Assembly: GCA_964016885.1 (NCBI GenBank)
Contig: OZ024740.1
Location: forward strand, 316,820,001 to 316,884,000
Source: Eledone cirrhosa
Taxonomy: Eukaryota
Reading direction: 5' to 3'
Length of the DNA: 64,000 nt
Shown here piece by piece: positions 40,601-51,061 of this stretch (its first letter is position 1; each line of letters begins with the position of its first letter). Both the position numbers and the translations under genes were made by a program. Below the pieces are notes generated by a model that made no database searches, was not told the origin of the DNA, and was given only the letters and a program-made list of their open reading frames with translations.

Positions 40601-43600
40601 TTACTCTTACAATAAAGTAATATAACAAGCTTTCTCATTATTTGGCTGGTGTTTTGGATATAGAAGGTTTTTAGCTAAATATAAGCACTTTAAAATAAAC
40701 AGTTTTGTATTGTAGAACCAGGGGTGGTCTCAGGCAGTTTGATATATTGATGGTAAGTGCTGCAGTGACGCTAGACGTTCTGTTGGAATATCAAGTAACT
40801 GTTGAAATATTTTAAGTAGTTAAAAGGTTAAGAGGGATCTTCAGTTGTATCAAGGGCATAGTAACCTCTCTAGTGTTGGTGATCTACATGATAAAAACAC
40901 CCTGTACACTCTGTAAAGTGATTAGTGATAAGAAGGGCATCCAAACATAGAAAACTTGCCTAACAAGGGTTCGGGGCAACCCTTCAGCTGTGTTGTAGAC
41001 ATGACAAACTCCTTACTGCTGGTGCCACAGTAAAATGCACCTGGTGTACTCTTTATAGTGCAGGAATGTATGTAAGTGAGAAGTGGGCCCCTGGGCTGTC
41101 TGAGAGGTTAGTAGCTCTAATTAAATACTAATTTGGTCTGTGACAATCTGTCCAACACTTGCTAACAGGGAAAGTCTGTCCTAAGCTTGGTGGCTCATCA
41201 GGCCGGTACTTCTACCGGCTTTTGTAGTGTGAAGCGACTGAGAATACAAGATACACCCCCTCCTCCAAGGACAGGATGCCAGTCCATCACAGGGTTAAAC
41301 CCTTAGTTATTGCTAGTACTCATTTTCAGCTGAGTATACCGGAGCAACGTGAAATGAAATGTTTTGTTCAAGAACACAATCCAGTCCAGGAATTGAAACC
41401 CATGACATTATGATCATAAGTCCAACACTCTTACCACTTAACTCCACTGCTAGCAGGGAAAATGGACACTAAATGATGTTGATGATTTTGATAAATGTAA
41501 AAGTTTTTTTCTATTTGTATCTGAATTATTGCTAACACTCTGATAATAATTTGTATCTTTCAGACTTGTCTCAATGATCTTGGATTGGTGTCAGCAAGAT
41601 TTAAAGATGTCATCGACTTTGGCTTTTCACAGCTAAGCACTAGTGCTATTAAACCTCGTATTAAGCCACTGGTAGATGCTCTTCTTTCCAGCAATCATAA
41701 CATAACTGAAGTAAGTCTCCAGAAGAGGATTTCTTTTTAAAGTCTAAATTTCTGAAAATGTTATTCAAATTTCAGTTATTAACCCTTTAGCATTTATATT
41801 ACTCTATATTTGCTATTGTATTTTCACACTAAACACTTTATCTCACATAATATTCAATCTATGAGATTTTGATATTATTTATTTTGAGAACAATACCTTA
41901 ATATAAGTATGAGCAACCGGTTATGGGCCGGTATGAACAGAAAGATGTGAGAGAATTCTGGCCAGATACAGCCGGTTTAAATGCTAATGTTTTAAATATT
42001 TAAGGTATACCATGTATACTTGAATATAATCCAACTCCCACTATTTTAGGTCTGAGAAATAGGCAAAAATCCAAACCCCATTTATAAACTGAGGCAGCTA
42101 ATCAACACAATGTTTAGATGGTGTATATAAGCGCCCCCCCCCCCCCCCCCGTTTACTATCGATTTTTTTGGTCACATGGCTCTTCCAACACGTCTCCCTC
42201 ATCATCCTCCAAGGAAACACCTCTATTATGTCCACCGGGGCCACAGGGCAGCCAGCATGTGGGCCCCCTTTTGTTTATAATAGTGAGAGATGGGGAGAGC
42301 GAGAAAGACAAAGGCAGTGAGTGAAAGAGAGAGAATATCAACACTTATTTACTTATTCATTTGTATTTACCTGTATTTTACATATTAATCAATATTTTAA
42401 TATATGTACTTCTGCTCCTAACATTAAATTTTAGTAGAGCTGCTGATTTTTAGACCAAACGCACTGCTATTTCTAGCATTCCCGTTGGCCTGCCAGTAAA
42501 ATTATATTAAATTTATCTTTTCTATTGTTGATCACATTTTCAATGACAAGTACTCCAGTTGATTTAATCAATGGGACTCCCTCCTCGTGAAATTAATGTG
42601 TAAGTGGCTAAGCATTATTCCACAGACATGTGCATCCATAACATAATTCTCAGGGAGATTCAGCATGATATAGTGTGTAACAAAGCTGGCCCATTGAATC
42701 ACAGGTAGAATTCCAGTTGATTCAATGAATGGAACAGCCTGCTTGTGAAATTCATGACTTAACGTAGTTCTCGGGGAGATTCAGCATGACAATGTGTGAC
42801 AAAGCTGGTTCCTTGAATTTAACAAGGACTTCAATTGATTTAATCAATGAAACTGCCTGCTTGTTAATTTAATGTGTAAGTGGCTGAGCATTCCACGGGC
42901 ATGTGCACCCTTAATGTAGTTCTCAGGGAGATTCAGCATGACACAATGTGTGAAAAAGTTGGCCCATTGAATTACAGGTACGGCTCATTTGCAGTGGAAT
43001 TGTAAGAGTGACAATTTTTTATGGAGGAAATGAAAAGTGAACACAACAGTTTTTGTTTGGTTTTTAGATGTCTTTCCCCTGAAGTGTTTGCTAATTATAT
43101 GATCTTATTCATTAGATTAATGTCTCAATTTAAAGTACAGTTGTTTCCCTACATTTAATATATATCACCATCATCATACGTCCATTTTTCATGCTAGTAT
43201 GGGTTAGATGGGTTGTCCCATTTGAGGCAAGTCAAGTTAGGTGACCATGTTTTGCTCATACAGAACTGTTTCTGGTTTGGTTTCTATGGCTGGAGGCTCT
43301 TCCTAACGCCAACCTCATTTACAGTGAGTACTGAATAAGTGAGTACTGTACAAGTGAGTACTGTACGATCACTTTACAGTGTGTACTACGTGCTTTTTGT
43401 TGTGACTCCTACGCAACCACTTTACAGAATAGACAGGGTGCTTTTTGTCGTGACACCTGCATGACCACTTTGCAGAGTGGACTGGGTGCATTTTGTCATG
43501 ACACCTACACAACCACTTTACAATGTGGGCTAGGTGCTTTTTGTTGTGACACCTACACGACCGTTTTACAGTGTGGGCTGGGTGCTTTTTGTCGTGACAC

Positions 43601-46600
43601 CGACATGACCACTTTACAGTGTGGGCTGGGTGCTTTTTGTCATGATACCTACACAACCATTTTACAGTGGGTTGGATGCTTTTTTTGTTGTGATACCAAC
43701 ATAACTTTACAGTGTAAGGGGTTGTGGACAGAAATAGGTGGGTGTTGGACACAGGAGGTGTATGGAAGTGGGTATAGTGGATTAAGAGGTGCCTACTAGA
43801 TGTATGTTTGAGTCCGTATATACAGATAAGTGTGAAATAATTTGTGTATAATTACTCTTTTTATATTCCAGGATGAATTTTCAAATTACGAAGCAAATGA
43901 TCCATGGATCCAAAATTTTATTCTAAACTTAGATGGAATGTTAGTCAGCTTTAAGGTAACTATAATTCTACTGATTGGTTGAATAAGGAGATGAGAGAAG
44001 TAATTTTAGTCACGTTATATGGGGTTGGCTGGGTTGAGTAATTTTAGTCACATCATGCGGAGTTGGCTGGGTGGTGTTAGGAGATGAGAAAAGTAATTTT
44101 AGTCTATCATATGGGGTTGGCTGGGTTGAGTTAGGAGATGAGAGAAGTAATTTTAGTTACATCATATGGGGTTGGCTGGGTTGTTATGATTCAAGTCAAA
44201 GGCAGTGTTGTTATTTGAAGTTACTGCATTCCTAGATGTGTCAGGGGAAACCACATAATCGCATGGTTTCTACAGCTGGATGCCCTTCCTAACACCAACC
44301 ACTTTACAGATGTTACTGTATTGTAACACCACCACTATTGAGTTTGTCCTCTCTATCATATGTTGCCTCTGTTTGATCATCAACTGCTTTATACTGTGTA
44401 CTGTAATGTATTGAATTGTTTGGTTTTTAGTGTGTGTGTGTGGGGGGTGGGGGCTCTTAAGATCCATTACTTAGCTCTTATTTTAAAAGCTTGAAGCAGA
44501 TGAGTAATATACCTCCTCCTGGATAGAACACAAGCTTATTGCTGGTCTAAAAGCCTAAAGTCTGTCTCAATCCCGGTGCTTATCCCGGTTTCTGTGGTGT
44601 GAAGTGACTGTGAGTACAAGACTTTTCCCCTGGACAGGACACCAGTTTGTCACAGGGTTACACCCCTGGCTATTGCTGGTACTCATTTTCAGTTAAGTAT
44701 ACTAGAGCAACATGAAATGAAGTGTTTTACTCAAGAACGCAACACACAACCCAGCCCAGGAATTGAACCCTTGACATTATGATCGTAAGTTCAACACCCT
44801 TACCATTAGGCTATGCACCTCCACATTTCCAAATGTTCTGGCCTGACCTGGAACTCCTTAGACACCTAGGAGAGCTGAGGTAATTTAGAATAAAGTGTTG
44901 TGTTTGAAAACTCAACAAAAAAGCCAGTATTTCATTTTAGTCTTATGACTTATTTTGCCCCTACATTTTCACTAGCACCACTTCCCAATTTTGTTGGATG
45001 TTTGTTTATTCATCTTGAGCCCTGTCCTGGCTGACATGGTTTCCAAGCATGAGGTCTTGACTGCCAGGTCATCAGCAAAATCGAGGTCATCCAGTTGTGT
45101 CCAGGGTGTCCACTTTATATCATTGTTCCTGTCTGGTGTCTTCAACACCATCAAATGGGTAGAGAAGATCTGTGGGAGCAAGCAAGACAGGAACCAGTGG
45201 CAAAGCAGATTCCGCGGAGGAAGTGGAGCTGGATTGGACATACCCTCAGGAGACCAGCATCCAACACCACATGCCAAGCCCTAACCTGGAACCTGCAGGG
45301 TAAGACGAAGAGAGGCCACCCCGCAGCAGCTGGAGGCGTGACATCATCATCATTTAACATTCATCTTCCATGCTAGCATGGGTTGCTAAATTAAGAAAAC
45401 TGGAAGCCAACTGGAGTGGAGTGGCGAGAGCAGGACAGGCTCTTGTCAAATGGTAGAGGGTCTTCAATGGCCTCTGCTCCACTGAGAGCAATGGGGCTAG
45501 AGTGGTGAGAGCAGGCCAGGAGTGTGTAAAATGGTGAAGGATCGTCAATGGCCTATGTTCCACAGAGAGCAATGGGGATAGAGTGACGAGAGCAGGCCAT
45601 GATTATGTACTATGCCAGAGGGTCATCAACGGCCTATGTTCCACAGAGAACAATGGGGCTGAATGAATGGATGTTTATTCACAGTTTGCTGTATTTTCAC
45701 TTTTCTTTTTGAAAATAGTTTTTTAGTTGAGTGGAATTATTATTACAATTATTTTTTTTAAATGATTGTCGTTGTGTTCTCATTATAGGCCAGCTTCACA
45801 GTGAACAACTATGACAGGTTTGTAGGGGCTGTTACAAATGAGATCACTGCTCAACTGGAAAAAACTGTATTAAAAACTACTTTCAACAGAGTAAGTATTT
45901 GCATTGCAGGATTTTTTTTTAATGGGTTTTAAGTATGATGATGTTCAATTAGAGTTCAAGTGAGGCTAAACAACAACAACAACAACTACTACTACTACTC
46001 AGCCAGAAAGCCATGGCTGGATTTAAGACATTACTTTGATATGAATGTTTATGTATTTTGAATACGATGGTATTTTCAATACACATTGTAATGTTAAAAC
46101 AATTGTGATAAAGTCTAATCTTTATCATAGTATCTCAGCTCCGATACTATGGGCATGTGGTTAGAATGTCTCAGAATCGCTGAACAGATTTTACAGGTAA
46201 AACCAACCGGTAAGAGACCCAGGGGTAGACCCCAAGCAAAAGGGTTGGATAACATCCATCAACTTGGCTTGTCATGCTTGGAGACGGTTGCTTCTGACGA
46301 CCTGCAGGAAGGAGTGTTTGAGGATTCTACCCCCATGACTCTCTCAGGGAAAGTGGGTGAAGAAGACGATTTTGATATGATGATGGCTACATAAGATTAG
46401 ACTTTATCAAAATTGTTTTAATATTACAATGTGTGTTGAAAATACCATAGTATTTAAAACATCCAAACATTTAACTGAATAAGCACTCAATACTTGTGGG
46501 TAGAGTGTAAATAATTTATATTCTAAGTAGAAAAGTGTCAGTGATTTCAAAGTTTCAGCTTTGTCCTGCCAGATGAAACTTCGAAGACACTGACATTGGA

Positions 46601-48326
46601 AAGTGTGACACATTTATAGTTCTGTTTTATACTTGTCAAGAATGTCTTGTTAATGTGGTTTCATGTAGTACAGGATGTTAAGATGGTATGGTGTATATAA
46701 TTTGATGGAGAGATTTGACTGCAGTTTTTAACTGGTTAAAATCATCACATAGAAGCTCGTTTGTTATGTTAAGAGTATAATGTTGTAAAGTAATGTTATG
46801 AAGAATTTAATATCTGAGTTTTATATCAAATAATGATAATATTCAATTCATTTTCAAGCAAACAGCCTCATTACGCTATGTTTTTTAGATGATCATTGCT
46901 TGCAAATGAATCGAATATTATTATTATTTGATAGAAATAAGGGTGATAGATTGGCAGAATCGGTAGAGCACTGGACACCATGCTTTGCAACAGAGAGTTA
47001 TGCCCCTTTGCGTTCTGAGTTCAAATCCCGCTGAGGTTAGCTTTGCCTTTCATCCTTATGGGGTTGATAAAATAAAGCACCAGTAAGTACTGGGGTCAAT
47101 TTAATCGACTCTCCCCTCCTTCAAATTGCTGGCCTTGTGCCTAAAGTAGAAACAATTATTATTTGATATAAAACTCACGAATACATTTATGTATCTGCTA
47201 TGTTAGAGTGAAAAACCAAATTCTAATTATGTTTTTAAATATCTGAATGTTTTCCTGTTATATTTCAGTTGGGTGGTTTACAGTTTGACAAAGAACTGAG
47301 AGCACTAGCAAGTTATTTGACTTCTGTAACAACATGGACAATTCGTGACAAATTTGCTCGTCTCACACAAATGGCAACCATACTGAATTTGGAACGGGTA
47401 AGTAATGGAGAGAATTAAAAAAAAACTAGATTGTCTCCTGTGTCTTACCAGTATATATTTTATCTATGTTAGAGAGATCATCACCATCATCATTTTTTAA
47501 CCCTTTAGCATATACATTACTCCATATTTACTATTATATTTTCACGATAAAAATTTTACCTCGCATAATTATCTCATAATATCGAATCTATGAGATTTTT
47601 GTATTATTTATTTTGAGAACAATACCTTAACATTTGTATAATTGGCCGGTTATGGCCAGTTTGAGCAGAAATAGGTGAGAGAATTCTGGCCGGATATGCT
47701 CAGTTTAAATGATAAAGGGTTAATATCCATCTTACCATGCTATCATAGATTACAGGAGTTGTCTCATTGTGAGACAGAACTGAAAATCAAGAATCAAACC
47801 TGTCAGAATTGTCATTTTAATGTCTGCAAACCTATGCAAACATGGAAAAGCGGCTGTAAAAATGATGATGATGATGATTTATCTGATTTCCCTGCTAGCA
47901 AAGTTTGGATGGGTTTATATAGACCAAGTCAGGACTGAAGCAGGTGTCTGTGTTTCACTTCTAACAGATATTCATTAAAGTACTAACAGTAATAGATTTT
48001 CATCATTTCATACAAAGTCAAGTATTCAATCTTAAACATAAAATTTCTGATAATCTGTTTTAATCAATTCTTTTGTCACTTGGTTTCAGGTAACAGAAAT
48101 CCTTGATTATTGGGGTTCAAACTCTGGACCTTTAACATGGCGTCTAACACCAACTGAAGTGAGACAAGCATTAGCATTGAGGTAAGTCTTTTTGATGCAA
48201 CTAACCAGCAATTTCTATCTAATATTAAATAACTTGTAATTTATACCACTTTTGATGTGTGAATTGATTCTATGAAGGTGATAGCGATAATAAGGGTCAG
48301 AGACTTGGTGTGCATAAAATCATTTT

Positions 48327-48360
<34 letters not shown>

Positions 48361-50226
48361 TACTCCTAATACATAAAGAAGAGGCACAGGCATCATCATT
48401 TCTAATTTGTTATCCTTAACAGTGTTTCTGTAAAGTTATGTTGATACCACAACATCCAGTCCAAACTAAAGAGGTCATATAGGTGTCATGACGAAAAAAA
48501 ACACAGTAAAAAGACTTCCAGTCCACACTGTAAATGAGGTTGATGTTAGGAAGGGCATCCAGCCATAGAAAACCTGCCAGATACAGTCCTATACGAGCGA
48601 GACACGGTCACTTGACCAATTTTGTCTTAAGTGGGACAATTCCCGTCTAACCCATGCTAGCGTGGAAGATGGACATTAAACGATGACGATGATGATGATT
48701 ATTAATGGTGGTGGATTGATAGTATTACTAGGACATCGGACAACATGCTTTGTGGCATAGAGTTACGGCCATTTATGTTCTGGGTTCTAATCCTGCCAAG
48801 GTTAACTTTGCCTTTGATCCTTACGGGGTCAATAAAATAAAGAACCAGTAACACACTGGGGTTGATTTAATCAACTTTCCCCTCCCCCCAAAATTGTTGG
48901 CCTTGTGCCTATTCTAGAAATCATTATTATCAAGTCCTCCCTCAGGATTGCTCTTAATTCCTGGTTTAGTTAAGATAGTGGACCACATCCAGTGGTCTTA
49001 GGTATGATGACCTTATTTCCTTCTTTTCTGTTTATATCTAATAGCTTTCATATTCCAAGCAAACAGAGTTTCTGTAACATTTATATTATTGAATTGGTAA
49101 TATCGGTAGAGCGTCAAACATCATGGTTTGCAGCATAGAGTTATGGCCATTTACGTTCTGAGTTCAAATCCCACCGAGGTTAACTTTACCTTTCATCCTT
49201 ATGGGGTTGATAAAATAAAGCACCAGTAATGTACTGGGGTAATTGCTGGCCTTGTGCCAAAAGTAGAAACAATTATTATTATCATTATTCCCCATCCGTG
49301 TCATCACATATTTATTGTTATCATTATTATTGTAGTTACGGCCCTTGCCATTCTGAGTTAAAATCCCGCCGAGGTTAACTTTACCTTTCATCCTTACGAG
49401 GTCGATAAAATAAAGTACCAGTAATGTACTGGGTAATTGCTGGCCTTGTGCCAAAAGTAGAAACAATTATTATTGTTGTTATATGTATGTATATGTGTGT
49501 GTATATATTTATGTGTATATTTGTCAAGGCAGTTGTTAGAGCATTAGATAGAATGTGTGGCATTATTTGGGCTACCCACCAGCACTCTATGTTGAAATCC
49601 TGCTGAGGTCTTCTTTGCCTTTCATCCTTTCAAGTGCTGGTGCTGCCCTCTCTTCCTCAAGTCCATACTTCCTGGATAGTCCATTAAGACAAGAGGGTGT
49701 ATACATGTCTGTGATTGCATGGCCATTAAAAATCATTAGCAAAAGCATATGGCTAGCAGTGAAAACAGACATTAAATGAGGAGACGGATGTTTCATTCTA
49801 CCAAGTCATACTTGATTGCTAGTGACAGCTTTAATGTTTCTTTATACATTTCTACATATGCTTATATGATATATATATATATATATATCATAACCATATT
49901 TTAATATTTTAATTTGTTAATAATATTATTTGACAGTATTGTTAGAGCGCCGGACACCATGCTTTGTGACATAGAGTTACGGCCCTTTACGTTCTGAGTT
50001 CAAATTCTGCCAAGGCTAGCTTTGCCTTCCATCCTTATGGGGTCGATAAAATAAAGTACCAGTAATGCACTGGGGTCGATTTAATTGATTTTCCCCTTCC
50101 CCCCAAATTTCCGGCCTTGTGCCTAAAGTAGAAATCCTCATCATTATTATTATTAAAGAAATTATTATTATTTGTTATTGCAGGACTGACTTTCGAAGTG
50201 AAGATATCCGGCGGCTAAAGTTATAA
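11504..50226 (+). CDS. COG4: Conserved oligomeric Golgi complex subunit 4, complete 22-exon gene (756 aa predicted)
   Basis: 22 exons join in frame (2271 nt including stop). The protein aligns end to end with recalled COG4 motifs: [77 protein letters not shown]-terminal [12 protein letters not shown]. Confidence 0.97.
15568..15650 (+). CDS. COG4: COG4 exon 2
   Basis: tttcag|[28 protein letters not shown]|gtaagt, 83 nt. Confidence 0.92.
16601..16715 (+). CDS. COG4: COG4 exon 3
   Basis: tttcag|[38 protein letters not shown]|gtgagt, 115 nt. Confidence 0.96.
16770..16971 (+). mobile_element. mariner-like MITE
   Basis: TA-CGAGGGTCGGCTGAGAAGTTCATAGG ... CCTATGAACTTTTCAGCCAACCATCG inverted termini. 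Confidence 0.85.
17368..17469 (+). CDS. COG4: COG4 exon 4
   Basis: tttcag|[34 protein letters not shown]|gtaagg, 102 nt. Confidence 0.96.
17546..17870 (-). mobile_element. RTE-tailed SINE-like element with internal 48-bp repeats
   Basis: Same family as 7230, 43165 and 62005. Confidence 0.8.
18776..18848 (+). CDS. COG4: COG4 exon 5
   Basis: ttttag|[24 protein letters not shown](G)|gtaaga, 73 nt. Confidence 0.94.
19262..19455 (+). CDS. COG4: COG4 exon 6
   Basis: tttcag|[18 protein letters not shown]...[28 protein letters not shown]|gtgagt, 194 nt. Confidence 0.96.
20103..20259 (+). CDS. COG4: COG4 exon 7
   Basis: ttccag|FSEPIGKTL...[27 protein letters not shown](G)|gttagt, 157 nt. Confidence 0.94.
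20697..20803 (+). CDS. COG4: COG4 exon 8
   Basis: ccacag|[35 protein letters not shown]|gtaaat, 107 nt. Confidence 0.95.
21960..22215 (-). mobile_element. tRNA-headed SINE
   Basis: Reverse-complement tRNA-like head (gtggcccagtggtaag...gtttcattcct) plus tgtgttcttgagcaaaacatttcatttcacattgttccag core; relatives at 41185-41445 and 44570-44825. Confidence 0.75.
22336..22385 (+). CDS. COG4: COG4 exon 9
   Basis: ctttag|[16 protein letters not shown](R)|gtaagt, 50 nt; phases fit both neighbours. Confidence 0.9.
23060..23312 (-). mobile_element. RTE LINE 3' end fragment
   Basis: ORF ...[37 protein letters not shown]... homologous to the 3' end of the 33800-36734 LINE, with (ATG)n tail; similar pieces near 2690, 6730, 10450, 14680, 23900 and 59240. 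Confidence 0.85.
23413..23509 (+). CDS. COG4: COG4 exon 10
   Basis: tttcag|[32 protein letters not shown]|gtgagt, 97 nt. Confidence 0.95.
24928..24970 (+). CDS. COG4: COG4 exon 11
   Basis: tctcag|[14 protein letters not shown](E)|gtaaga, 43 nt; resembles vertebrate SDFEVGD; phases fit. Confidence 0.88.
26163..26281 (+). CDS. COG4: COG4 exon 12
   Basis: caatag|[39 protein letters not shown]|gttagt, 119 nt. Confidence 0.95.
26800..27045 (-). mobile_element. Penelope-like retroelement reverse transcriptase fragment
   Basis: Minus-strand translation PARTELG (frameshift) [64 protein letters not shown] resembles the PLE RT segment NPAKxExG..IL..IN..W.NT..VI.WF..F.QFDI.DFYPSI. Confidence 0.75.
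27505..27590 (+). CDS. COG4: COG4 exon 13
   Basis: tttcag|[28 protein letters not shown](R)|gtaatt, 86 nt. Confidence 0.95.
27660..28200 (+). mobile_element. RTE-type LINE 3' fragment (second family)
   Basis: Degenerate reading ...[16 protein letters not shown]...[37 protein letters not shown]; shorter copies at ~19770, 24330-24690, 46135-46360, 58870-59140 and 62605-62845. Confidence 0.8.
28778..28986 (-). mobile_element. piggyBac-like MITE
   Basis: TTAA-CCCTT ... AAATGCTAAAGGG-TTAA; further copies at ~41779-41995, 47497-47723 and 51265-51502. Confidence 0.8.
29533..29727 (+). mobile_element. Tc2-like MITE
   Basis: tactgtatatactcaaatataa / ttatattcaagtatatacagt TIRs; also ~20880-21130 and 42007-42180 (partial). 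Confidence 0.75.
29841..30057 (+). CDS. COG4: COG4 exon 14
   Basis: ttgcag|[39 protein letters not shown]...[20 protein letters not shown]|gtaaat, 217 nt. Confidence 0.96.
30334..30430. repeat. Near-perfect palindrome (48-bp arms, 1-nt centre at 30382)
   Basis: aatgtttaaccccgacggcagagct...gctatttc-a-gaaatagc...agctctgccgtcggggttaaacatt, about 3 mismatches. Confidence 0.92.
31317..31379 (+). CDS. COG4: COG4 exon 15
   Basis: tcacag|[21 protein letters not shown]|gttagt, 63 nt. Confidence 0.94.
31470..31782 (-). mobile_element. Full-length tRNA-headed SINE with RTE-type tail
   Basis: tRNA-like head (aggcgcatggtttagtggttagagc...gagttcaattc), CORE-like segment and (ATG)n tail; near-identical copy at 60415-60740. 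Confidence 0.85.
32123..32636 (+). mobile_element. Non-autonomous Helitron
   Basis: 5' TC (TCTATATACATAAAG) followed by a (TGTY)n microsatellite; 3' GC-rich imperfect hairpin cgcagcaaggcgcg then CTAG; inserted between A and T with no TSD. Confidence 0.75.
32668..33793 (+). mobile_element. 5'-truncated RTE-clade LINE (ORF C-terminus plus long 3' UTR)
   Basis: [37 protein letters not shown] motifs in an open frame to 33408; 3' UTR matches the abundant SINE-like family; (GAT)n tail. Confidence 0.93.
33800..36734 (+). mobile_element. RTE-clade LINE, 5'-truncated, disrupted APE endonuclease + reverse transcriptase ORF
   Basis: APE motifs [27 protein letters not shown]; RT motifs [37 protein letters not shown] (~35735); frameshifts near 35235, 35605, 35705 and 36160 plus in-frame stops; (ATG)n tail. 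Confidence 0.96.
36763..37079. repeat. Long inverted repeat: 155-bp arms, 7-nt loop (36918-36924), one mismatch
   Basis: 36763-36917 is the reverse complement of 36925-37079; flanked by (TA)n. Confidence 0.96.
36973..37038 (+). ncRNA. Type-I minimal hammerhead-ribozyme-like motif (mirror copy on the minus strand at 36804-36869)
   Basis: Stem I tattttat/atgaaata; core CTGATGA (36981-36987); imperfect stem II aagcgcacc...ggtggccctt; GAAA (37019-37022); very short stem III T-atgt-A; AUA triplet, predicted cut after 37030. Confidence 0.65.
37213..37563. mobile_element. pogo/Tigger-like MITE
   Basis: TA-flanked TIRs agtggaacctcggttcatgaa / ttcatgaaccaaggttctactg. Confidence 0.78.
38208..38264 (+). 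CDS. COG4: COG4 exon 16
   Basis: tattag|[19 protein letters not shown]|gtacgt, 57 nt; fills the gap equivalent to vertebrate ...KLF...EQAQAKFD. Confidence 0.9.
40386..40580 (+). mobile_element. mariner-like MITE
   Basis: Same body as 16770; ends cttttcagtctaccctcgTA. Confidence 0.8.
41564..41710 (+). CDS. COG4: COG4 exon 17
   Basis: tttcag|[49 protein letters not shown]|gtaagt, 147 nt. Confidence 0.96.
42545..42990 (+). repeat. Three tandem copies of a SINE central domain
   Basis: Repeated taacgtagttctcagggagattcagcatgaca...tgtgacaaagctggcccattgaat; single copies at ~5500-5840 and 38420-38550. Confidence 0.8.
43165..43715 (-). mobile_element. RTE-tailed SINE-like element with about seven internal 48-bp repeats
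   Basis: Unit actttacagtgtgggctgggtgctttttgtcgtgacacctacacaacc (16-codon periodicity in the spurious ORFs). Confidence 0.85.
43872..43955 (+). CDS. COG4: COG4 exon 18
   Basis: ttccag|[28 protein letters not shown]|gtaact, 84 nt. Confidence 0.96.
43986..44185. repeat. Short minisatellite (about four units of 40-55 bp)
   Basis: Repeated agtaattttagtcacatcatatggggttggctgggttg. Confidence 0.85.
44990..45665. mobile_element. Rearranged RTE LINE fragment (third family)
   Basis: Minus strand [19 protein letters not shown]; plus strand [33 protein letters not shown]; about three tandem ~78-bp copies of the 3' end (aatggcctatgttccacagagagcaatgggg). Confidence 0.8.
45789..45890 (+). CDS. COG4: COG4 exon 19
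   Basis: ttatag|[34 protein letters not shown]|gtaagt, 102 nt. Confidence 0.96.
46941..47160 (+). mobile_element. Full-length tRNA-derived SINE with Meta-domain-like core (about 20 copies or fragments in the window)
   Basis: A-box-like tggcagaatcggtagagc, B-box gagttcaaatccc, core ttgcctttcatccttatggggttgataaaataaagcaccag, tail ctggccttgtgcctaaagtagaaac(att)n. Confidence 0.88.
47269..47397 (+). CDS. COG4: COG4 exon 20
   Basis: tttcag|[43 protein letters not shown]|gtaagt, 129 nt. Confidence 0.97.
48090..48181 (+). CDS. COG4: COG4 exon 21
   Basis: tttcag|[30 protein letters not shown](R)|gtaagt, 92 nt. Confidence 0.97.
48706..50155 (+). mobile_element. Cluster of about five co-oriented Meta-like SINE copies in the last COG4 intron
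   Basis: Copies at ~48706-48925, 49095-49275, 49333-49470, 49530-49640 (diverged) and 49935-50140. Confidence 0.85.
50184..50226 (+). CDS. COG4: COG4 exon 22 (terminal coding part)
   Basis: ttgcag|[16 protein letters not shown]. Confidence 0.96.
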
Positions 50227-50587
50227 GTCATTTAATTTAAACAAGATATATGTATATGTGATGTGTGTCTTTGTGTGGGAGTGCATAGGTGTGTGTGAGT
50301 GCATAGGTGTGTGTGTGTGTGAGTCTATCTGTCTGTATGTATATATGTATCAGGTTTTGATCTAGTGCTCATAACATTCTACAAGTGAGAACAGTCTGTT
50401 TTTAAAAGAGTATTGTATGAAATATTGTATACAACAAACACACACAATCACACACACACATATATATATGTATATATATGTAAATATATATACACATATA
50501 TATATATGTATATATATAAAATTAGTATAAATGTTTTTGGTAGTGTACAGAATAATATATTGATAAAGTATAATTGTGAGAAGAAGT

Positions 50588-50628
50588 AATAAAACCTTGT
50601 TTATCACTTGGATCAAAAGTATAATAAA
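50588..50628 (+). terminator. Candidate COG4 polyadenylation signals
   Basis: AATAAA at 50588-50593 and 50623-50628, about 360-400 nt after the stop codon, followed by T/GT-rich sequence. Confidence 0.5.
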
Positions 50629-50753
50629 ATGTTTATGATTTGAAACTAGCATTTTTGTCTTTGACGAGTCTTGTCTTGATGAGCCTCGTGGAAGATGAAT
50701 TCAAATTATAAACAATATTTTATTATTACATTTTTTTTATCCAAGACTTATAG

Positions 50754-50759
<6 letters not shown>

Positions 50760-50797
<38 letters not shown>

Positions 50798-50962
50798 GTG
50801 TGTGTGTGTGTGTGTGTGTGTGTTTGTGTTTATATGCATGTGTGTGTTTATATGCATGTTTGTGTGTATGTGTGTATATATGTGCGTGTTTATGTGTGTG
50901 TGTTTATATGTGTGTGTGAGTTTGTGTGTGTGTGTTTATATGTGTGTGTGTGTTTATGTGTA

Positions 50963-51013
<51 letters not shown>

Positions 51014-51061
51014 TTGTGTGTGTATATATATATATATATGTGTATATATATATATATATAT
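50760..51061. repeat. Compound (TA)n/(TG)n microsatellite
   Basis: Seen directly; similar tracts at 31406-31455, 37169-37212, 39480-39607, 51631-51728, 52540-52686, 53648-53694, 53798-53867 and 63385-63550. Confidence 0.97.

Noticed and set aside
43369-43799. ORFs with 16-aa repeats ([11 protein letters not shown] / HPAHTVKW)
   Set aside because: Translation of the 48-bp internal repeats of a SINE-like element inside a COG4 intron
46941-47035. tRNA gene
   Set aside because: A/B-box-like head continues into SINE core and tail, occurs in many diverged copies and forms no clean cloverleaf
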